Source: Octopus bimaculoides (lineage: Eukaryota). Taken from it: DNA of 64,000 nt. The notes under the pieces were generated by a model. The model made no database searches. It was given only the letters and a program-made list of their open reading frames with translations, and was not told where the DNA came from. Shown in pieces: positions 48,964 to 64,000 of the stretch. The DNA is taken from the NCBI RefSeq assembly GCF_001194135.2, contig NC_068994.1:55012545-55076544 (forward strand), written 5' to 3'. Both the position numbers and the translations under genes were made by a program. Numbering within the stretch: the first letter of the stretch is position 1; every line of letters begins with the position of its first letter.

Positions 48964-51900
48964 GTAAGTGTTAATTATATCAATGGATTTTTAACGAATT
49001 TTCTTTTGTTAATATAATTTCTTTTTTACGAATTTTTATTCATATATTTAAATAATATGTTAATGTACATTTTTTTTTTATTAGAAACTTATTTTATTAA
49101 TGTTAACTTTTTTTTGACCCAAGCCAGCTCCCGATCTAGCAAGGACCTACCAGTAAAAACGTTTTCCTACCATGATCATCCTATATAATTTATTTTACTC
49201 AACATAAGCTTATCTGAGACTACATTATCAAATGTATCCTCTCCTTTTATTAACCTGGATCAAATATATCTTCCCCCCTATGTTAACATGGTAAATGCGT
49301 CCAAGATATGAGGGACGTTTGGCTACTATTTCTACCAGGATATTTGACACTGTTTATTATAATATTATAATTTTTCTTTGTGATTTTCTGAGTTTAAAAT
49401 CTGTCGAGATTATTTTTGCTTCTCAAACCTTCCCTGATCAATATAAGGTATAATAAGTGCCAGTCAAGTGCGATAAAATATATGGTCTTGTCTCTGCCTG
49501 TGTTTTTATAAGCAATTATTTTTTTGCTACTGTAGTAAAAGGTCAGTGACATGTTGGGGGGTGATTAAGTTTATTTGTTAATTAACTTGATTAGCAAACA
49601 GTTACAAATGTCATCGCATACTTATTTTATCTTTGTTTTCTTACAGCAAAGAAATATATCATTTTCCATTTTATTAATAATAAAATCGGCGTAGATAAAC
49701 AAACAAAAAACAAAGAAGGGGTTAATTAAAAACAATTTTTTTTTTCGTTACTATATATGGGCTTAACTACTAATTGGTTCCTCGTCCCCAGCATTTCTTT
49801 CCTAAATTCTGTATATACATAATTGTAACCTACATTCTCAGAAACGTATCTGCAAAATTTCATTTAAAAATATGCTTATTTCAAAAAAGTTACGAGTTAA
49901 TAACGACAGTGGGTCACTTAATAATTTGCATCTGTGTATATATATATTTCTTCAACTGTCTGATCTTTTATTTCTTGATTAAGTTAGTGTCTGAAGTTTA
50001 GATCTTTGTTATTATTATTATTATTATTATTGTTATGTACTACTGAAACGTTTTGAAACCTGTAGATGTGTTCAAGTGTTTGTATTTGTCAATACGTTTC
50101 TTCTGCTGTTTCTCTGTGGTTGGTTCTTTGTCAGAATGTGAAATCTTTATTTATGGCTGACGACATCATTGTGCCAAATAACAAGAACGTTGTATAATGT
50201 TGTTTTAGCATTACTGCTAGAGATAAATTTATGTAAATACGAATTAAACATTTACTGCTTTCTTTTTTCCCCCATTTGTTTCTTATTCCTTATCTTGGGC
50301 CGTGATCTTGGTTTATGTATTTATATTTTATCGTTCCTTCTATGATATATATACCTAATTATAATGGAATTCTCGATAAGAGTGGTAGGAACTATCTTTG
50401 TTTTATTAAGGATTTTTTCTTTCTATTAAATAATAATTTTGCCAATAATATGCACAAAGTAATATATTTAAGGGGTAGGGGTCAGTCGATTAAATCGGTT
50501 CCAGTACTTGACCGATGGGGAAAGAAATTCCCATTGTTTGAAACACAGTAATACCCCATAAGGTAGTGATGGCCCCCGGGAGAAGAAAAACTGATGTCAA
50601 TTGTTACGAGGTTCGACCTCAAAATGTAATGAGATGCAACTAAATAAATATAGCAGGGCCTTTTATACCGACTAATTAAACGCTGGACTAAAATTACTTC
50701 AGCTTTTTTTCACCCAGTCCGGGATCGATTAAAATATATACTTCAGCGAAATTATATATCTTTTATATCCTTCCGTGCAAATCTTTGGCCTTTATCAACA
50801 TTAAAAGAATTATTATTGCTTCACCTAAGTTTATTGGTTTATAATTATATGTCACAAATGTTCACCATAAACCCGAGTAACAAGTTAATTACGTCATTGA
50901 GATGTCATAACTATTTAAAATCCACAAACAGTTTCATTTTGTAGTTAGCATAATAGCACCAGTAAAAATATCAGTCTGTCTTAATTGAATAAGTGTTGGT
51001 GTCTGTGACCTTATCCTACCGTACTTCAGTGTCTGATGTGAAAAAAAAATAGTGGCATGTGATATGGATAGTATTATATAAGTTTCTAATTTAGGCATAA
51101 GGCCAGCAATTTTGAGGACGAGTGGCTAGTTGATACTATCAATTTCATTACTTGACTGATATTTTGATATATCGACTCTCAGAAGGATGAATGGCAAAGT
51201 TGAACTCGGAACGTTAATAGACAGGAACAAATACCGTAAGGCATTTGTTTCCGACGATGTATTTCTGCCAACTCATCGCTATATGATATTACTTCATAAT
51301 AAAACAAACGTGAATGTAATAAACCTTTTAAAAGGCTGAGGTTGTAAGAAAAAGCAAATGTTTTTCGCTGGTAAAAGGTCTGTCTCAAAGCGCCAGACTG
51401 GAACTTCTCTGACAACGAGGGCGACCGATTGACAGTCATTCGACCGTAGGATAGATTGCTTTGCGGCAATCGTGTCAACTCTACGCTCCGAGTTCAAATC
51501 CCGCCGAGGTCAACTTTGTCGTTCATCCTTTCGAGGTAAATAAATAGGGTGCCAGTCCTGTACTGAGATCCAGCTTTCTCTTTCTCTCCCTTTTTGTTTC
51601 CGTCTGGCTGCGGTCGAACCAGGAAATGGATGGGCTCTGCCGGGTGTCAAAAGGCCTCAAGGCATGCTGTGTTTCAGCTCGGTGCCCCTACAACTCTACT
51701 AACGAGTTGAGATCCTATCGTAAGGCATTACCATACCTGATGGCTCCACCTTGCCAACGTTCCCTTAATCGCACCTGGGATTTTGGCACATTATTGTAAT
51801 CTTCGATACTTTCCAAAGACCAGAGGGTCATTGTTGGGATGTCTTTGATCATGAGCGTGCTGGTCTAACTTTGGTCTAGGATCAAATCACTATGTATTAT

Positions 51901-54295
51901 AGAGTAGTGGTTGATCACAGTTGACCCCTTAACCATCACCACCCCCACCTTGGAATCTTTATCTTTTGAAGACGAGAAGGTGTATTCGAGGGAGTTTGGG
52001 TCTGGTATTTTTAGCGGGTTGATCTGCGGAGTGTGTTTAAGTGAAGAATGTTTTTTATCACCACCAGAGTACGGGCTGGTGTCTTTTTATTTATTTAAAA
52101 TATTTCTCTCTTTTTCTTATCAAGTATGATTTTTTATTTAACGTGTCTGAGACTTGTATGGACGGTCACCCAGCAAGTAGGCAAGCAGGCAATCTGTCCG
52201 AGATCTTGAACTGATGTTAAAAATAACAACAAAAAAAAAAGACTCATTATACACGAAGGGTTTCCGATAATAATAGCCGGTTGATGACATTAAGCAGAAG
52301 ACTTGACATTGTCTTGGACGTATTCGGGAGCGTCAGATTTTGATAATGGCCATTTGGTAACATTATCTGTGGTTATGTGACTTCCAGTATGTATAATTGT
52401 ATTGCTAGTCTCTAATTTTCTGTAGTCTAGGTATGATGGCATAACTATACTTTGGTTTCTTCATGTCTCTCTGGAAATCGAAATAGCTGGTAATAGGAAG
52501 GGCCTTAGAAAACCTACCTCTACAAATTCCGATAATCAATCGTTTTTGGTCTTGGAGAATTAAAAGTATTTGCTCAGCAAGTTCCTTATAAATTTTTTAT
52601 TTCTTTAATGTTTATTTATTTGCAACTGAACAGTGAAAAATACTGTCGCACACTCAGTAACTTATATATACATTCATAAATTATGTGTGTGGGTTGGTGT
52701 GTGTGTCACTGTTCAACTGCAAAAAATACACATCAAAGAAATAAAAAAATTATACGGAACTTGCCGAACAAATAATTTTAGTTCTCCGAGACCAAAAACG
52801 ATTGATTGCCTAGATTCCGTCTAACCCATGCAAGCATGGGAAAGCGGACGTTAACACAATGATGGCTCACTTTTTAATTACTGTAAATTATCTTAATTCA
52901 TAATCACCTACATTGTTGTTAGAAATTTGGCTTATATGTTATAATCTCTACTTAGAAAAAGAATTTCTTTTTTTCAATTTGGCGATAAGCATCTTCAGTT
53001 AATACTTATTTTAAATATAAACATATGTGCTGATGTGTCAGTTGTTTTGTGTGGCTTGTAGCTTTAATTATATAGGAAATTAAATTTTAAAAATGCGATC
53101 AATACAGACTGTAAAATACACTATATTTAATTCACCATATATAAAGGTGAGGTGATCAAAACCGCTGCTAACATATGTTAATATCATTAGCACGGCATTT
53201 CGTTCGTCTTGATGTCCTGAGTTCAAATTCCGCCGAAGACGACTTTGCCATTCATCCTTTCGAGATCGATGAAATAAATATCAGTTGAGGACTGTGGTCG
53301 ATGTGAACAACTTATCCCCATCACACGAAATTGCTGGCCTTGTGCCAAAATTTGAAATCAATATTTAAAACGGTATTTGTTAATTTGATATGCTAATCTC
53401 CGATATTGCCATAAAATTATTTTTTCATTCTGAATGCTATAAAATTAAAGTATGATGTATGTTTATAGATATATAGTTTTAGTTTGTTTTAACCTAGACA
53501 CTTAAGGGAATACAGCCTTTTATTCAGGCATACTTATGAACATTTGTTAAGGGCATAACTACAGATATTCCTTAAGTAGTGTCTGCTTTCTAACCTCTCC
53601 ACTTCAGTGTTAATAATAATAATAAAGAAAAAAATTTTAAAACCGGACTTGTTAATTCTTAAGTACATTTTTCCGGCAGCATATCAAGTTTCTTCCCTTC
53701 ATACTACAATTCCAGCACATTTCCCACTTTCAAGTCTGAAGTATTTTCCTGTTCATTCAAGAAGCTTTATTTTATTTTGCTGTGATTTTGGCTCCGCATT
53801 GTGAACCAATAATACAGTTAACCTCATTCTACACTCTATGGTATGTGTGGGTTTGCAAGGTTTATTAATATTTAGGTGTTATACATTTAAAAAAAAATTT
53901 CTGTGCTATACTGCTTGTATTTCAAAGCATAAAATTTTCGGGGTTGTGTTGACGTGGTGGATGATGATGATGTTTATATAATTTAAAAAATGACTAACTT
54001 GCAGGTGGAAGCTCTTCGATTCAAACTGTATAGAATCAGTTCACTGTTGCTGGGCAACCATTTCCTGCTACTTAGACTTGTCTGTTTGTTAATACTATGT
54101 CTACAACAGATGTTGCACACACACTTACGGTCGTTGTCGTTTAAGGTCCACATTCCATGCTGGCATGTGTTGGACTGTTTGACTGGGATGCCCTTCCTAA
54201 CGCTAACCACTCTGAGAGTGTAGTGGGTGTTTTTACGTGCCGCCGGCACGGGAGCCAGTCAAGCGGCACTGGCATCGGCCACGCTCGAATGGTGC

Positions 54296-54361
<66 letters not shown>

Positions 54362-56672
54362 GTCCCCAGGTTGATCAAAACCTTGTGAATGGATTTGATT
54401 GACAGGAACTAAACGAAACCTGCCATATATGTGTACGTTTGTTTCTTTGTCTCGGCGTCACATGATAGTTGGAAGTGAGTGTCACTATCGTACGAATGGT
54501 GCTGCTCGTTTACAGTTTTAGACGATGTGCTCTTTCAGTTTCCGTTTACCAAACCCACTCACAAGTCTTAGTCAGCCTGGTACTGTAGTAGAACACTTGG
54601 CAAAAGTACCAAGTAGTGGGACTGAACTGGAAACCTTGTGGATAGGAAGCAACCTCCTCAATCTCACAGCTGCATCTGTACACATTTATTTATCCTCCAA
54701 ATCCGTTTTCCATGCTAGCATGGATTGGACAGTTTGACTGAGGTCTGGAAAGCCAGCAGCTGCACCAGGCTCCAATCTGATTTGGCAAGGTTTCTACAGC
54801 TGGATGCCCATCCTAATGCCAACCACTCCGAGAGTGGAGTGGGTGCTTTTTATGAGCCACCAGCATGGGAGCCAGTCAGGCGGCACTGGTGTCGGCTTTT
54901 TAAGTACCACCAGCATGGGTACCAGTGAGGTGGCACTGGCATCGGCCACGCTTGAATGGTGCTGTTTACGTGCCACCGGCTCGGATGCTAATCAGGCAGC
55001 ACTGGCATTGGCCACAACTATGATTTCACTTGGTTTAGCAGGTCTTCACAAGCATGGCATATTGCCCAATGTTTAAAGGGTGCTTTTAAATGGGCCATTT
55101 ATGCGACACTGGCATCAGCCATGGCCACAATCTTACTTGGCTTGCCGGGTCTTCTCAAGCACAGCATATCTCCAAAGATCTCTGTCTCTTTGTCATTGCC
55201 TCTATGAGGCCCTACGTTCAAAGGTCGTGCTTCACTACCTCGTCCCATGTCTTCCTGGGTTTACCTCTTCTACAGGTTCCCCCCACTGTTTGGGTGTGAC
55301 ACTTCTTCACACAGCTGTCCTCATCCATATGCAACACATGACCATACCAGTGCAACCATCTCTCTTGCACACCACGTCTATTGTTGTTTCCATACACTTA
55401 TTAGTCAGTATCGAATCTGAACAGGCACATACAATTAGGGCTCAAGGTTGACTAGAAGCCTACAACCAACAAAAAGCAACAACCTCATAGCTGTATAATT
55501 ATGATTGACTACTACAGGCTGTTTATCAATTGAGCATGTACAAACTTAAAAGGATAACACAATTGACCTGCAAAACAACTGTTATCAGTTTAAATCCTGA
55601 CATTTATGTCTTTAAACATGATGTTACATAAGTATTTATTTCCATCCTCCTTCTGATCTGTACTTTTATTGTAACATCGTGTTTAACTCTTTAACATTTA
55701 AACCGGTCACATCCAGCCCAGATATTCTACCAGTTTTATATTCAAACTGATCAGATTCAGATCCAGCTTCTCACACTTATCCTACAATGCCATTTAGAAA
55801 TAAACAATCACATCATAAAAATCTCGCAGCTGTGAGATATCTTTTATCTTCTGTTACTTGCCCCAGCCAAATGACTGGGACCATGCTGGGGCACTGTCCT
55901 GAAGGGTTTTTAGTTGAACAAATCAACTCCAGGACTCAATTTCTTTAAGCCTATTACTTATTCTCTCGGACTCTTTTGCTGAACTGCTAAGTTATGGGGG
56001 ACTTAATTGCTTTGCTTTAATGGTTAATCCTTGTTGTCGTTTTAATCTACATTGTTAATCCATTAGAAATTATCCCTGTCTATTTAAACGCTCTATCTTC
56101 TCTCACTACTCCTCACTTATATCAGATTTTATACAAAATAAACACTTTACCCAATCCTTCCTAATTACAACTTTTTGGGGCTTCTTTGGTTCCCATCAAC
56201 CTTCCATGTTCTAGCAAAGCATCGGTCTCTTTCTGTTTGTGTGGAATTGTAAGTAGATAAAACGGGCTCCTTTTATAAACCTGATAATTCTTTTTATTAA
56301 CCCGATTTACATCAAGAAATGAAATTCCCTCTTCATTGATCACACACTCTTAATCCACTGCAGGTGTTTTAATGTTGAACCTATTCCTTTAGTGGTATGA
56401 CTGAGGAGTGGTGGCAGTGATGTCACTGCTGGTAGTCAGAAATTTTATCTTTTGTTAGCATATTTCTGTTGACAAACACTGCCTTCAATTCTTAAAATAA
56501 TGATGAATTTAATGTCTTTATCAAACTGGTGTTTGAGACATAAATGAAAATGAAATTTTGATAGGAAGTTCTAATTTAGATCATTTAAAACCGCAAGTTT
56601 AGATCACAGATCCAGGGCCATCTCAGGTAGGATGGTATCAAGAGTTTATACCTTGAATGTTGTTTTTTCTTT

Positions 56673-56706
<34 letters not shown>

Positions 56707-57704
56707 NNNNNNNNNNNNNNNNNNNNNNNNNNNNNNNNNNNNNNNNNNNNNNNNNNNNNNNNNNNNNNNNNNNNNNNNNNNNNNNNNNNNNNNNNNNNNN
56801 NNNNNNNNNNNNNNNNNNNNNNNNNNNNNNNNNNNNNNNNNNNNNNNNNNNNNNNNNNNNNNNNNNNNNNNNNNNNNNNNNNNNNNNNNNNNNNNNNNNN
56901 NNNNNNNNNNNNNNNNNNNNNNNTTTTTTTTTTTTTTTTTTTTTTACCTTTTCCAATGTGCCAGGGACTGGTAATATTTCTTAGTAATATTAATTTATTC
57001 CGGAAACAATATATATAATGAATATAATGAAAGTTGTCAATTTTTTTTGTCTTCTATTTATTTTGTAAACAAATGATACAGTATTACATAAGCTGATAAG
57101 TTGTTTACTGCAGTGCATAAGGCAAAATTACTGAAATTCTGCTACCGTTTTTCTTTCTTTTCTGGATATTTGCCACGTACTGGCAGCTGATGGGTCACAG
57201 ACCACCACTCTGAGTAGCACTGCTCTACATGTCTTTTAATCTTTATAAAAAATTTTCATTCAGAATTAAAGTATTATGAAAGTCACTCAGCAACAAAAAA
57301 GCCAATGTGTCATTCCATTCATCATAGTCACATGATCAGATAAGCAATTGTAAAAAAAGAAAAAGTTTTAGAAGGCAATGTTTGAACAAATGTATAAAGA
57401 CTGTTGTCCTTCAACAATATTTGCTTGTGTGCTGTTGAGTAAATATATTCTATATTTTTTACTAGTATTCTATTATGTTAGAATAACATTCTATTATTAT
57501 TTCAGTCATGAGACTAATGCTATGTTGGGATACGACTCTCAAAGGTTTTTTTAAGGTCAATTATATTGTTTCCAGAAATAATTTCAATCCGTTTATCTTA
57601 TCAATTGCCTACAAGCTGAGTTTTTGTTTTGTTTGTTTGTTTAATTGCCACGGTGATATATTTGCTGTATTTTTAAAATATTTTTTGAATTTCTTTCTTT
57701 CAGA

Positions 57705-63714
<6,010 letters not shown>

Positions 63715-63774
63715 GTATGTCTATCAAATTTTATTGTTTGTATTTTATTCTTTTTATTTTATTTTTTATGTTGT

Positions 63775-64000
63775 GGTTGGCACTCCGTCGCTTACGACGT
63801 CGAGGGCTCCAGTTGATCCGATCAACGGAACAGCCTGCTCATGAAATTAACGTGCAAGTGGCTGAGCACTCCACAGACACGTGTACCCTTAACGTAGTTC
63901 TCGGGGATATTCAGCGTGACACAGTGTGACAAGGCTGGCCCCTTTGAAATACAGGCACAACAGAAACGGGAAGAAAGAGTGAGAGAAAGTTGTGGTGAAA
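63775..64000 (-). mobile_element. tRNA-derived SINE family 1 copy in the last visible cathepsin intron (truncated by window end)
   Basis: Reverse complement of the 3' part of 8911-9291. Confidence 0.85.

Overview
Eukaryotic, AT-rich, microsatellite-dense draft-assembly DNA with many N gaps. The SINE, mariner and Penelope content and repeat style suggest an octopus or other coleoid cephalopod (inference). Three + strand protein-coding units can be read by hand, and two of them are largely invisible in the ORF track because they are spliced. (1) 12580-14253 is a single-exon ORF for a 557-aa secreted protein: signal peptide, Arg-rich block, then about 20 acidic His/Gln-rich 13-16-aa repeats. (2) 22525-33821 is a signal-peptide exon followed by nine tandem phase-1/phase-1 exons. 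Each encodes one 6-Cys pacifastin/VWC-like protease-inhibitor domain with a different reactive-site loop (predicted P1 = E,K,L,R,K,K,K,K,L), and most are preceded by a Lys-Arg processing site. The precursor is about 419 aa. (3) 57705-63714 holds six coding exons of a cathepsin L-like cysteine protease whose last exon lies beyond the window. A candidate M-box/CLEAR + CRE + TATA promoter and non-coding first exon sit about 9 kb upstream (48700-48963). Splice signals leave open that units 1 and 2 are joined as a fused or bicistronic transcript. The remainder is SINEs, LINE/Penelope/mariner/Helentron-like fragments, fold-back elements and simple repeats. All exon boundaries and phases were read manually; no database search was run.
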